A stretch of DNA of 63,771 nt, counting the filler, from Collodictyon triciliatum (Eukaryota): assembly GCA_043381765.1 (NCBI GenBank). It is 5 parts of 5 records of this genome, joined end to end, with 100 filler letters (N's around TTAATTAATTAA, not from the genome) between each part and the next. Parts side by side here need not be neighbours in the genome. Positions count along the whole stretch, not along the records: positions 1 to 19,949 come from JBHJMP010000448.1; positions 20,050 to 36,021 come from JBHJMP010000449.1; 3 more parts are not named here. The stretch is one strand, 5' to 3'. The notes beneath the pieces were generated by a model. That model searched no databases. It was given only the letters and a program-made list of their open reading frames with translations, and was not told the DNA's origin. The translations under genes were made by a program, and so were the position numbers. Of the stretch, positions 15,506-32,316 are shown piece after piece. Position 1 is the stretch's first letter; each line of letters starts with the position of its first letter.

Positions 15506-18500
15506 CTACTTTTTCGAGAGAATCCAGAAAAGCATCAGTCTCCACAGGATAATCATCGATATGAGTATTCCAACACACTCGCCGAACGACAAGTCGATGC
15601 TATAGTAGTCCAGAACCTACGGCACGCCGACACACACAATACAGAAGGGTAAAAATGGATTAGATACGTCGCTGGCCTGGTCTCCCTTAATCTATCAGTA
15701 ATTGCGCACACCACAAAACGGTGATAATCACAATGATAATATGAGTCATATATATATATATATATATATAGTAAAAAGAACATATACATCATCTCCTAAT
15801 ACATCAGAGCATGGCTGGAAGCATTCGTATGCGATTGCACTGGTCGGTACTGTAACGCCATCGACTACTATCGTCTCGTTGACCGGGAAGCACGGGATGG
15901 GATTGCATGCGTACGTTTGCCCTTCCAGCTCGGTCTTAATCATGGCGTTGGATGCGTACTTGATGAAAGATGACCTTTCGATCCATATCATGTAGTCGGG
16001 AATGCGGGACTCTGGGATGTAAAATGGGAGTAGAAAACTCCATGCAAGAAGGGACAGGCTGAATATTAAACTGGCGATGGCAGCAGACGAAGAAAATGCT
16101 AGGGCTACGGTTGTGGCGAAGGACATGGCGACCTCAAGAAGGAGAATGTTCATCAAAAGAAACTTGAAAAAGTAGATTGCCCCTGAGCGGAGTCCAATCA
16201 TATAATAGGACACGGCGGTCGCCACCATGTTCGACGGAATTACGACCGGAAGGGAGTGCAGCGACAAGGAGAACCCCAACGCCGCAGGATGGTACATGCG
16301 CCTCGACTTCTCCAGAGTGTATGGTACTTTGTCCTGAGGGTCTTTGGTTGGTTTGGTTTGATTGAGGAAGCGCATGAGTAAAGCAAATGGATATGGTTGC
16401 GTCTGGGTATAAATATGCTGATACAGAAATACAGAAATACAGAAATACAGAAATACAGAAATACAGAAATACAGAAATACAGAAATACAGAAATACAGAA
16501 ATACAGAAATACAGAAATACAGAAATACAGATATATCGCTTTCTTGCGAAAGTGTAACAGTACTGTATAATATGGTATGTGATACGGTGGATGTTAAAAT
16601 AAAAATGAAATGAAATGAAAGATTTTGTTGTGATTATGAAGCATTATAGCATATAAATATATGGAAGTTAAGTATTTACATCCAGCTATGATGCAAAATG
16701 GAGCAAAGAAGGCTGTAACAATAGCGGAGAATATAATCGAAGAGATGCGGTCTCGAATACTGGCTTCGTCTGTTGGAAGCTGATAGTACATGGACCCAAT
16801 CAGCAGTCCAAACAGCACAAGCGATATTGCAATCGTCTGGAAAAGGCTTCGATTACGCATGGAGTGATTCCAAGAGCGCTTCATCAAAATAAAAAGTTGG
16901 TACCAAAACGGTGTTGCATACGAGCCTTCTGAATATTGTGGTAGAGTTGTCTTTTCCTGTGGTGAGATACACATCATTCAAAGAAAGAGATAGCATTTTG
17001 TAATTATTGGGATTGTAGCTTTGTTGTTGTTGTTAATGTTATTATTGTTTGGATATGCGAATCATAAGTTTGCTATGAAAAAATAGCTTTCTCTCGATGA
17101 TATTGTGTATTTGATTGTGAGAGCGTTCAAGAAATAAAAATAATATAAATCGGAAAATGCAAAAATTCAAAAACAGAAAGGTAAAAAAAAAAAAAAAAAC
17201 GAAGTTCTCCACACCTGTGTGTCTTTTTCGATTTCTTCATACACGGTGCGCTTCCCTTGCGATTCTGCAAAGATATCCCGCATCTTGAGACCTTCCTTCG
17301 AGTCTTCGTGAATCACGTCCACTGGTGCATAATTGTAGTATTAACACTTCAAGGACATCTGCAGATACGCTATGATACCTTTATGAACTGAACATCCCTT
17401 TATTCATTTTCATCACATACACATACACATACACATACGCATACACATACACATACACATACATACATACATACATACATACATACATACATACATACAT
17501 ACATACATACATACATACATACATACATACATACATACATACATACATACACACGCACGGAAAAAGAAGAAGAAAAGGTGCAGTTTCGTGTAGCTGTGCT
17601 TACGTGCAAAGTCCGCTGGGTTGTGATAGTCGGGACATATCTTATCAAGCCTCTCTAGATAAGGAAGTAGCGCTGATGTTGGCCCATGGAATGCGACGCC
17701 CCCACGACAGTCGAGCAAGAGCACCTTGTCGAATAGCTCAAAGACGCGCATGTCGGGTTGGTGGATGGTGCAGACAACAGAGCACCCCTTCAGGCTCATG
17801 TCCTTCAGAATCTTTATGAGCCTGAATGATGTCGATGAGTCCAGTCCCGTAGTTGGCTCATCAAGAAAAAGAAGTCCTAAGCAAGTAAACGCCATGTAAC
17901 ATTACTATATCGCCCAGCTTTACTTCTATATATATATGTATATTGCCAATGACTTGTTCGCACTACATTTGCATCCTTCTGTTAGGATACTGTCTTATTC
18001 GTACAAACTCATACAAAATTATCACCTGGATTTGTGATCAGCTCGACCCCGACGCTTGTCCTCTTCTTCTCGCCTCCAGATATTCCGCGAAAAAGCTCTC
18101 CCCCAATCATCGTATCTTTGCAGTTGACTAGATCTAGAATCCTCAGCATCTCGTCAACCTTTATTCGAAAGAGAAATCTCGTGAAAATGAGACACTTGCT
18201 ATCTTGCCTCGTGTCTTATTTTACAGACATATCCTTTCCGATTGAATTTTCTAATTTCAATCTTCCTTCATGATTTTATGTGTAGATGCGTTGCTTAGTT
18301 TGCTTGAGACTATGAATTACAAAGTACAAATGCTGCATGCCACCTTCTTTTCTTTCTCTTCTACCGATAGGTCTAGCGGTAAGCGAAGCATGGCCGAGAA
18401 AAGGATGGCTTCGCGCACTGTCGGGGTCGACAAGAGATTATCATGTTGCGGCACGAACCCACAAAGACACCGCAAGGCCTAAGAAGTGGAAGGGCCGCGT

Positions 18501-19491
18501 CATTTTATCATGAGCTGCGGGCAGTCACCGGGCCCTCAAACGCCACATACAGTCTGCCTTGTACAATATCTACACGATAATCTGTGGTTGGTTGAGATTT
18601 GAAGAGGACCTGAGGAGTTGCGTGGTTCCCGTTCAGAAGGATGTCGCCTCTTGATGTGCCGCCCATCGACTTTCCTGATAAGATGTCCAGTAGCGTTGTC
18701 TTTCCGGATCCTGAGTGTGTTGTGTCCGAGAGTATAATTGTCTCATTCAGTATATTTTGGTTGGTTATTATAAGTACGTATTGTTTGTAACAATAATAAT
18801 AACAATAACAACAACAACAATAATAATAATAATCATAATAATAATCATAAAAGTAAGCATAATAATAATAGTAATCATAATAATAGGCTGTTTCATAGAA
18901 GAGTTTCGTTTATTATGTTACAATGAATAGAGCTTTCCACCTTGCTTTCATGTAAATCACCGACAGAAACCTTCAGCTCGTTACTAGCTATTCTTTCTTT
19001 CTTTCTTTCCTTCTTTCTTTCCTTCTTTCTTTCCTTCTTTCTTTCCTTCTTTCTTTCCTTCTTTCTTTCCTTCTTTCTTTCCTTCTTTCTTTCCTTCTTT
19101 CTTTCCTTCTTTCTTTCCTTCTTTCTTTCCTTCTTTCTTTCATATGTGAGCGCGTACCTGATGGGCCCATGATGGCAAGAGTCTCTTTTGACTGAACACG
19201 CCCACACACGTCGTCCAGAATGCGCTTTGTTGAAGTCACAGCCTCGCCTTTGTCGCTTTGCTTCAAGACCACGTCGTAGAATATGTTTCGGAACCCGAGG
19301 TTGTAGCCTTTTGGGTCTCTGCTTGGGAGTCGGAGGATATGTAAGTCCAGACCCCAGAATAGAACCAGATGGAAAACGAAGGAAAGGATCGGTGCAGTGA
19401 AAACATACTTGGATACCCCCGCTTGCGACTGCAGCGAGTAATTCGTGCCATAATCAGGACGCTCTTCATTCAAGAGAAATGGGGTGCGCAT
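15506..19491 (-). CDS. ABCG (white/ABCG2-like) half-transporter, NBD-TMD
   Basis: Walker A GPS|GSGKTT, signature ISGGEKKR, Walker B LLFLDEPTTGLDS, H-loop CTIHQP, TMD TPFWYQLFILMKRSW...; ends FWILSKK* at 15506; start codon uncertain. Confidence 0.93.
16422..16530. repeat. (TACAGAAA)n intronic repeat
   Basis: Direct tandem repeat in an ABCG intron. Confidence 0.95.
17414..17550. repeat. (ACATAC)n/(ACAT)n intronic microsatellite
   Basis: Direct tandem repeat. Confidence 0.95.
18991..19140. repeat. (TTCCTTCTTTCT)n intronic repeat
   Basis: Direct 12-mer tandem repeat. Confidence 0.95.
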
Positions 19492-19949
19492 TGCTTCGGT
19501 CTCGTCCGTCTCTGCGAGGCCACACAAGGTTGAGCGGAAGGAGCTTGAGAAATAATAACACCTTTAAAGAGGCCATTGTGGGGAGTGGCAGGTCATATCC
19601 GTGTTTTTTTTTTGGTTCCAGGATTTTGTGGTGACTTTATTTCCTATCCTTTTCAAATTTTATTGGCAGAAAACAAAGCCGAGGAAACCGCCTTCGCCTC
19701 TAGGACAAGAAATGAGCTGTGGACGAGACAGTGGAAAACCCCAGATTGTGTGGTTGGAGGTTTTGTGTTTTGGAAAGAAAAAAAGAAAAGGAAAAAGAAA
19801 GTAGAAAGGAGAGAAAGTGTTCTCACAAACAGACTAATATACCCGAGGTGAATCAGCTCCAACGCGATTTCTGGTTGTATTCGAGACTGACAGAAGAGCG
19901 GATAAAGTTGTCGGGTCGATGAAAGTACGCACATGGCAGTTACTTCTCA

Positions 19950-20049
19950 NNNNNNNNNNNNNNNNNNNNNNNNNNNNNNNNNNNNNNNNNNNNTTAATTA
20001 ATTAANNNNNNNNNNNNNNNNNNNNNNNNNNNNNNNNNNNNNNNNNNNN
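19950..20049. other. Artificial contig spacer (N44-TTAATTAATTAA-N44)
   Basis: Six-frame stop linker at 19994-20005 embedded in Ns. Confidence 0.97.
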
Positions 20050-20278
20050 TTTTATATTCTTCATTTTATATTCTTCATTTTATATTCTTCATTTTATATT
20101 CTTCATTTTATATTCTTCATTTTATATTCTTCATTTTATATTCTTCATATTTCATCTCTCCTTATAAATAAGTCATTCGCTTCCAATCCACCCAATTTAT
20201 TTTATCTAAACGCAGATGTTATAATTAGAAGTACGATGGTTTGAAATATGGCATTATAGTTAAACATAATTCAAACAG

Positions 20279-22320
20279 GGAATCTCAAATGGTACGACAA
20301 GAGGATTTAGTCCCGCTGCATACTTACAAAACTGATATGGACGGATTAACTGTTCAACTGCGACAAATACTGACTGTAGGTTTTGATTTTCCGAAATGTT
20401 GTATATATTGTTTGAAATTAAAGTAAAAGGTAGAGATATTACCCTTAAAAGACCCTCTTAATACATAGCAACAGCGGTTGGTGATGAATTCGATGAAATC
20501 GCTACAGAAATCGGTGACAGAGCGTTTTGAGGCATTGGAAACAAGAATATCGAACATGGAGGGCTTACTTGTAAAAGATATAAATAAAAACACTATTGAA
20601 TTTTAGAATGTAAGTCATGGTCTGATTTATATATTTATTTAAATTGATATTCTTTGCGTTTTATACAGATCGATTTTCTTGCAATTTAGGCCAGCCAACA
20701 AATGCGCTCGAGTCTAGAATATGCTGCTTATGAAGAAGAACAAGACCTAGGTCCAGAGACGCAGATATGGGCTTCCCCTCCCGAACAACGAGATATTTTT
20801 TATCCCACAGGTATAACTTATGACATCTTATGTCCCTTTTCTTTCTCGTTTGGTGAATGATTGATACATCTCTGATATTTATTTGACTATCTCTTGTATG
20901 CCATACATTTTTCATTTAAATGTGTGTATCTTTTCTTCTTTTTTTTTTATCATAGAAGGTCTGTCTACACACGAGCCACATAGAGCATGGTCCACATCGT
21001 TGGTTTTCCTGCAGAGAGGTCAAGTGAATGAGGCTATATCCACAATACTTGCCTCAAAGGACCAACTGCAGTTGATTAGGCTGCTGAACAAATGTGGTGA
21101 GTGTCTCATGTGTGATGATTTTCCTTCTTTCTTCTTTCTTCTTTCTTCTTTCTTCTTTCTTCTTTCTTCTTTCTTCTTTCTTCTTTCTTCTTTCTTCTTT
21201 CTTCTTTCTTCTTTCTTCTTTCNNNNNNNNNNNNNNNNNNNNNNNNNNNNNNNNNNNNNNNNNNNNNNNNNNNNNNNNNNNNNNNNNNNNNNNNNNNNNN
21301 NNNNNNNNNNNNNNNNNNNNNNTCTTTTTTTTTTTCTTTATTTTTTTTCTTTATTTTTTTCTTTATTTTTTTCTTTATTTTTTCTTCTTTCTTCTTTCTC
21401 CTTTATTTTTTCTTTATTTTTTTCTTTATTTTTTCTTTATTTTTTTTCTTTATTTTTCTTTATTTTTTTCTTTATTTTTTTCTTTATTTTTCTTCTTAGC
21501 TATACCCTTGCATCCTGTTTGTTGTCGCATTTTGCATGAAGAGCTAGTATCATTGGCGAAAATGATTTAATGTTTGATTGATTGCCATTAATAGAACCGA
21601 CTTACGAAGGATTATCAAGCCATGTGTCCATCGAACTATTTACTGAGCTTATGCGCATTTTGGAGCGAGGAGTTTTCCTTGGTAAGTATATACATAGCTA
21701 TATAAGTTTCCTTCTCCTTCCCTCTATTATATTCTGGTTTCGCTTGCTTTGTTTACTTGCTTGTTTTATTACTATTAAAAAAAAATCGGGCTCATTTACT
21801 TGTTCGAGTTAAAAAAAAAAACTTATATTTGAATTTAATTACCCTTAGTATGTATCTTTTTCATTCAGCTTTTGTGTTCTTGACAAAAGTTAAACAACAA
21901 CTTACACTTTTTGTGTCTTTGGCACAATCACAAAGAAACCGTGATTCCCTGGGTTGGACAGGCTGTGAACGAAGGCTTCTCTTTCTCCACGTCCCTAAAG
22001 TCGGCACTTGTCAAGGTCGCCACCCACACAAAAGCCTCATCCATTCATATTCGGCTTTCTATTTTGCTTCATCAAGAAGCCATGCCATTGCATTTCATTT
22101 GCAGACGTCTTGTTATTTCCTCATGTCGGTTGAAACAAGTACATGTGTTTTTTGTTTTTTGTTTTTTGTTTTTTGTTTTTTGTTTTTTGTTTTTTGTTTT
22201 TTGTTTTTTGTTTTCAAAATGATTGCGATGGTTCAAAATCAAGACAAAATGCGCGGCGTTTTAGAGCGGGTTGTAAAGAAGCGCCTTGCACACCGCCTGG
22301 CATGCTTTCGCAAAGACTAA
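20279..22320 (+). CDS. C-terminal fragment of a TORTIFOLIA1/SPIRAL2-like microtubule-associated protein (5' part missing at spacer)
   Basis: Coiled coil QLRQILT|QQRLVMNSMKSLQKSVTERFEALETRISNMEG, then AWSTSLVFLQRGQVNEAISTILASKDQLQLIRLLNKC|EPTYEGLS...|ETVIPWVGQAV, matching the TOR1 C-terminal domain pattern; last exons tentative. Confidence 0.7.
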
Positions 22321-23163
22321 ACGAAAAATAAACAGTGTCTTCGATCTGTCGCACAATCCTCCGGCGAGTTTGCAGAGGACGCCCAACTCATTATGGACTC
22401 CCTGTGACCCGCCCTTGCAAGGCCGCGTGTGTGGGTGCGCCTGCGCCGTGGCGGACAAAGCGCCCCTGGCATGACACCGGCAGAGTCGCGAGTGCTTCGA
22501 TAAACACCCTTCTCGCTCCGGGGATGCGCTCTCTTGCAAGTTGTCTCCTCGCCGCATTTTGCTGTGGGTGTGTCCCGTGTCTGCCTCTTCCCGTTGCACC
22601 GGCCAGGCGAAGGGCGGATGGAACACCGTGCGGCGCACTCAGTCGCAAGGCGAAGAAGGACGCAGGCGGGGCATTTCCGTCTGCGGTGGGTGTTTTCGTT
22701 TTCTTTTGCTCCCTCCCTATCTTTGTCCCTCGGGCGTGGATAGAGCAAGGTATGTATTTATATGATACGATGTCTGCCAAGTTGTCCTTGGTCTGTATGT
22801 TCGCATTAACACTCTGTGACGAGCGTGGTGATGATAGAGAGGGGATGCAAATAGATAGCTGTGATACGGAGAGGGCGGGGTCTGGAAATATAAGCGTACA
22901 GAAGGGACGGTAGATATCTCTTCGTGGATGAAGCTGCTGGTTCGAGCCATCGACCGCCCATGGATGAAGACGAAAGGCACCTTTTGTGCCCAGGAGGCTC
23001 TGTCTGATCGATCAAAGTGGAAGCGTGAGAAACGAGAAGCAACTCAGCTTATGAAACTTTGTATCCATTATGATTTGGATATAAAAAGAAAAGACACATA
23101 CCCGCTGATGACATCATGGCTGCCGCAAATAGTCGAGAGCAACAAAAATTGGTGTTCACGCAC

Positions 23164-24970
23164 CTACTCAGAATAGGAGTCGGTCTCGCTGTCAAAAGCG
23201 AACTCTAGTGCGTCTTTATCCTCTAATGAGATGATGTGTTGATAAGTAGTGATAACAATAGGAGCAGACACGACATAAGAGCACGATTTTTATACTGCAA
23301 AATTCAAGATATTAAACCGAATGTTAAAATATAACTGGTCGAAGTTCAATTGTGAGTCCAGTCATGATATATACCTTCAAAAGATTTGCAAGGCTTTCCC
23401 TCTCTAATGTTGGCTTTTATCTCTTCGTAGATGAGCTGTTTGTCCTTTCGGCTTTGCTCCTTAGATGTCTTCTTTGCTGAGGGGGGATTTTGCTGTAGAT
23501 GTGAAAACGAATTGAGTGCGGGGGGCAAGCGAGGACCAAGAATAGACGGCAGGACTTCGCAGCTATCAAATCCTATTTTGATTAAAAAAAAAATAATTCA
23601 AGGTTTTTTACCCTGTGGTTCCAGTTTCTATTTCTGCGACGGAGTTGGAGCACATAGCTCATGATGATACTGAGGATGGTTGGGTTTCGACGGCTGATGG
23701 GGATTCCTAGTTGCAAGGGCTGGTCGAGAACCTCCTTCCTTAATCTATTGGATAAAGGTTGCAAGGTGATCAGCGTTATGATATATATGAGCATAACTGT
23801 AGTATATTGGTAGGTCGCAGATTGTAGTCAAGCAAATTGCCGTCCAGGTTTACGTAACTCATTGAGGCATTGTATCTCATGTAAATGAATACCTCATTTG
23901 CTCTTGCGTCAGGGAGGTGATTACGGACTCTGGCTTGGTGACGATATCCTTCCCGAACAACCCGGATTGCATAAGGCTGCTCTTTGAGTGTTTTTGCTGT
24001 TTAAAAGCAAACAGGAAACGGGAAAAAAAAATGTGAGTCTACGAAGGTGGTAATTTTTAACAAACGACTATGTCTACGGGCTCGGGTGGGTTCGATTCAC
24101 CTCTTACATATGCATGTTTTACTTTAAAGAGGAGTTCATGCAAAATTAGGCAATAAACGCTTACAATTCCTGAATGTATCTTTGGCGTCGGGGAAGACTT
24201 TTTCTGGCGAGGAATATCCTTCTGTAGACTTTGATCAACTGAGACCGGTTGTATTTGCGTAGGCTCTGAGAGTACAGTGAACCGAACAGAGTCATCAGCC
24301 TCGGGAGACGACAGAGACTCGACACAGAGTCCGGGTGTTATATCGGGTGTAGTTGAGCCATTCTGAAAGCGGTCATGATCGACATCCTACATAATGTGTC
24401 TGCTTAAGAAACATTTGGACACTGCGAATGGAGGAACCAGCGAACCTTATGAAAAAGCGAAAGAAAAAGGAAACAAGAAACAAGAAACAAGAAACAAGAA
24501 ACAAGAAACAAGAAACAAGAAACAAGAAACAAGAAACAAGAAACAAGAAACAAGAAACAAGAAAAAGGCCGATGACAAGTCCTACAGAGAGGATCTGGCC
24601 ACTCGTTTAAAGAGAAGCAGGGAATTATCTAAGCATTTTCAGAGCGAACCTGGACTGGGCGGACGTAGAAGGAAGGAACAGCGGGGAATGTGTGATGGTC
24701 ATAGGAAGAGCCGGGCAGTGTTTGTAGCTTGTTTGTGGGACTGTGCTGGATTTGAGCCGGCGGCGGCGGCGGAAAAGTCCCCGCGTGTTGCGTTGGCGGA
24801 AACAAGGAGGATATGGAGGGCAGGAGCTGCTGTGTGGGCGATATCGTCTGTGGTGGGAGAAAAGTCGTCGCCGGGAATGCAGTTGCGTGCATACTTGTAA
24901 AGAACGGTGCCGGGTGCAAGATGAATCGTGGAGACTTGTCGCTGTTGGGTGCTGCGCTGTAGTGGTACAT
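23164..24970 (-). CDS. Hypothetical Pro/Ser-rich multi-exon protein
   Basis: ATG 24970; GT-AG exons DVDHDRFQNGS..., QKHSKSSLMQSG..., ...IYEEIKANIREGKPCKSFE|EDKDALEFAFDSETDSYSE*; phase of the exon near 23610-23750 unresolved. Confidence 0.45.
24470..24562. repeat. (GAAACAA)n intronic repeat
   Basis: Direct tandem repeat. Confidence 0.95.
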
Positions 24971-25725
24971 TCTTGTGTGTCTTTCTTTCTTCTCTATCCC
25001 TTTCTCTTTCTCTTTCTCTTTCTCTTTAGTGCGGAGGCGTCTGGATTTGAGGCGTAGTGCTTCGGGTTAGGAGAGGGGACTTTGGTGCGGTGATTTGTCG
25101 CCAGGGTATTTCTCCTGGTAAGCAGTTGCCGTGCCCGCTGCGTTGGTGCGGCAATGGAGGTGGGAGAGGGTTGAACGAGTTGTGTTGTTTTGGTGCGTGC
25201 AAAGGGACGCATGGATGAGCCACCACTTTCGTATTGCGCTTTCGAAATGTCGCCTGTTTATATAGGCTTCTGGTTGATCCGATTCGAGGCGCGAATAATG
25301 CGTACCGGAGCGCACGATTTGGTCATTTGCATTATGAGAATAATAAAATACAAGGTTAAAAAAAAAAATCTTATTGGTCGAATCGCGATTTGTGCATTTT
25401 GATTTTGTGCTTTAACATTGGCAATTCACCAGGGATAATCAAGAACCATTTGAACTTGCCGCTATTTTGGCCATATTCTTGGAAAACAAGCGGTTCGGTC
25501 GATCGACGTCCGCTATAATAGCTTTTCGATATGTGGTGAATCGGTGGATATATCGGGTTTAATCGGCGCACTTTATCTGTTTCTGTATAAATTGGTCTAT
25601 AAATCGCGTTTGAATCGAAGATCTACCCAATCTGGAAAGAATCGGCAAATACTGAAAGATTCCTAAATAGGAATGAGCCTATAATTTTACAATATATATA
25701 GTATAAATGAGGAAGTGTACAATAA

Positions 25726-25797
25726 GCGGGTGTAGCTCAGTGGTAGAGCGTTCGACTGCAGATCGAATGGTCGCCGGTTCAATTCCGGTCGCTCGCT
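25726..25797 (+). tRNA. tRNA-Cys (GCA), intronless
   Basis: Cloverleaf: acceptor GCGGGTG/CGCTCGC, D arm GCTC-AGTGGTA-GAGC, anticodon arm TTCGA-CTGCAGA-TCGAA, T arm GCCGG-TTCAATT-CCGGT, U73 discriminator. Confidence 0.97.
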
Positions 25798-25803
25798 TTT
25801 TTT
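25797..25803 (+). terminator. Pol III oligo-T terminator of tRNA-Cys
   Basis: T7 run starting at the discriminator base. Confidence 0.85.
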
Positions 25804-25888
25804 GCGATTCTCGTGGATGCAGGCTTTTTTTTTTCGTTCTCTGCTTCCGATTTCCGAAGGTAGGCAAGGAGCGAGTTTGGGTTAGACT

Positions 25889-29627
<3,739 letters not shown>

Positions 29628-29786
29628 GGCGCGGTGATTGCTGCGGGTCTCTGGACGCGGATGTATGGAGTGTCGTATATGCGAGAGATACTGAGTGTGC
29701 GTGTGTGTGTGCGCAACGGTCGAGTCTCTGTTTTATTGGGGGCGGAGAGACGGAGGGCGACCGGGGCGATAGATAGGAGGGGGCGC

Positions 29787-31679
29787 CTAGTAGAGGGAGC
29801 GGACGGCGTCCGAGATGCGGCGGGCCTCGACAGTGCCGAAGTACGAGGCAAGGCGGTCTTCGGGGGACTCGAGGATGTCGCCACCGATGATGCCGTCGGC
29901 AGCCACGCGCGGGCCCTGGTTGGGGACGCCGATCTGCTCGAGCCACTGGCCGACCTGCTGCGACGAGAAGTTCTCAAAGTCGGCGCGGCGGATGGCGGGG
30001 TATGCGGGGGCGGCGGTGTAGGCGGCGACGGGGGCGGCGACAACGACGGGGGCGGCGGTGTAGACGGGGGCAGGGGCGGGCGTCGGGGTGAAGACGGGCT
30101 CCGGGGGGTAGACGGGGGCGGTGTAGACCGGGGCGGGGGCGGCGTAGACCGGGGCGGCAGGGGCGACAGAGCCCAGCTCAAAGTCGCGGGTGGCCGGGGC
30201 GGCAGGGGCCGGGGCGTCGGTGGCCACGTCGTCCGAGAGCAGGTAGTCCTCGCCGTCGAGCGAGTCGGCCTCTGCGCGGGGGTGGAAGGCGGGCAGCGAG
30301 AAGAAGCCGGCGACGGCAACGCCCGAGAAGAGGGCGATGCCCATGGTGACGAAGTAGGCGGCGACCTCGTTGCCGGCGGCGTTCTTGTCCGAGGCGTAGT
30401 AGTCGGCAAAGTCGGCGCCGTAGAAGGTGCCCTGCGAGTGGGCGTCGGCCAGCGAGATCATGACGCCGACGCCGGCGACAAGCGAGGCCAGGATGTTTGT
30501 GGACAGGGCGCGGGCGGGGTCCGGGTGCCGGGCGGCAAAGGCCGAGCGGTCCAGCACGCGCAGCCCCAGCACGACGGTCAGGGCGGCCACCAGTCCGGTG
30601 CCGAGCGCGGCGGCCGGTCCGTTCACCACGGCGATCGACGACGACAGCGCAATGCCGCCCGCCACCGTCCCGCTGCGCACCTCCTCCGACAGCACGCGCC
30701 CGTTGTTGAAGAACGACGACGCAACCACCGACGTCACCGCCGCAGACCCCAGCGACAGGAACGAGTTGATGATCACGCGCTGCTGGAACTCCTGCGGCAC
30801 AAGCGCCGCGTTGAACGACGGGTAGAATGCAAACAGCACGGCCGTCCCCAGGAACGCAGTCAGGTTGCCCGAGGCCGAGGCCTTCTTGGCGGCCGCCGCA
30901 GCCTCCCCGAAGCCCTTGTTGTACAGCAGCACAAAGCCCAGCGCAAAGAACGCTCCGAACTCGTGCACGAACAGGTGCAGCTCGTAGTCCGCAATGTTGA
31001 GGTTGTCGCGCAGGATGTAGACGTTCAGGCCGTACATGATGATCTCCACGCCTCCCACAAGGACCAGCTGGATGTACGAGATCTTGCCCAGCACCGCAGA
31101 CGCCGTGATCAGCACAGAGATCGTCGTGTAGGTCGCGCGGATCAGGTCGTGGATGTTGATGTTGAAGTTGTTGCTCCAGTGCGACGTGAAGACGCGGTAC
31201 CAGAACTCATTCACAAGCAGCGCCCACTGCAGTGCCACGGCAGCGTACGCAAAGTTGTACACGATGGCAACGAGGTTTCCGCGGCGCTGTTGTGGTGGGC
31301 AGGCAGAGCAGTTCAGTGGTGGTCAAGGTAGGAAATTCAGCGTATGGAGTGCCCCTCATGGGTCGAGGTAAGTAGAAGGAGGGAAAGAGAGGAGACTACT
31401 TACACCGAAGGAGTTGAAGTAGCCGTAGCCGATGAGGGTCATGGCCATCAAGTGGGTGTAGAACAGGTAGTGGAGGGGATCATAGCTCAATGTGTTGTAG
31501 AATTTGAGGGGCTGGCCTTTGGCGACGGTTTCGTCATCCTCGTTGAAAAAGTCATAGTAGCTTCCAAAGGAAGGGGTGTCATTGACGTTCTGGAACGAAG
31601 CGATGGTTCGGTATAGGATGATGAAGGTGATGTCGAACAGGACAAACAGGAAGAAGAAGGGCGAGCGTGAAGCGGCCAT
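29787..31679 (-). CDS. Rh-type ammonium transporter family protein with Pro/Ala-rich linker and C-terminal SAM domain
   Basis: Two exons (31679-31404, 31286-29787). Rh motifs: MTLIGYGYF, ALQWALL, SVLITASAVLGK, VHEFGAFFAL, GTAVLFAFYPSFN, TVAGGIA. C-terminus FSSQQVGQWLEQIG...DGIIGGDILES...EARRISDAVRSL is SAM-like. Confidence 0.88.
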
Positions 31680-32316
31680 TTCTCAAGTCTGTGGCAGGGC
31701 GAGTGCGTGGGTGAGTACAAGTGCAATAATATGGTTTTCGCAATCCATAAATTTTCTACAAGTGAGCTCTGTTGTCGCAGTTGTTTGTGTCCTTGGCGTT
31801 GATCGGTACAGTTTTACAATGTTTGATGATCACAAACTCGCCGCCCTTCGAACGTGTGGGGGTTTATATACAAACAAATTGCCCACCACGATCTGCTTGC
31901 ATCTGCTATAAAAGACTCACGGTTGGCCTGTGGCTTCGGTTCGTTTGCCTTGTGATGTTGTGACGAGAAGCTGTGTCAATGTGGTCACAATCCATAACGG
32001 GATATCCCACTGGCTATAATACACACCTTGGTTGCAAGATTTTGGCTGCACATATTCAAAAATATGAAATTATGAAAATTCAAATACCCTTCAGTATAGT
32101 ACATTCTTTTTTGCATTACATCTACATTTTTATAACATTTTGTAAACAAATAAAACCAATAATAAGCTTTATGGGCATATGATTATACTTATATAATATT
32201 TTCCAGATTATACACATATTTTCCGTTGCTTTTCGCCAGCTCACTCTTTTTCACCTTCGCCAAGGTCTCACGATCCACAGCAGAGAAACCACTTTCAAAC
32301 AGGAGATCTGCGCGAG

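Noticed and set aside
22330-23176. Several overlapping GC-rich ORFs and a plus-strand GTATGT...TAG intron-like segment
   Set aside because: No recognisable protein in any frame; probably 3' UTR or intergenic sequence.
23600-23750. In-frame TAG suggesting stop-codon reassignment
   Set aside because: TAG ends ABCG, DAGL, Rh and RasGEF at expected positions, TAA ends CEP41 and ITPK1, and conserved exons contain no internal stops; more likely an unresolved exon boundary.
29634-31331. 565-aa plus-strand ORF and the 428-aa overlapping minus ORF 29123-30409
   Set aside because: Shadow frames of the high-GC3 Rh gene; only a short part of the 428-aa frame is real (ITPK1 exon 2).
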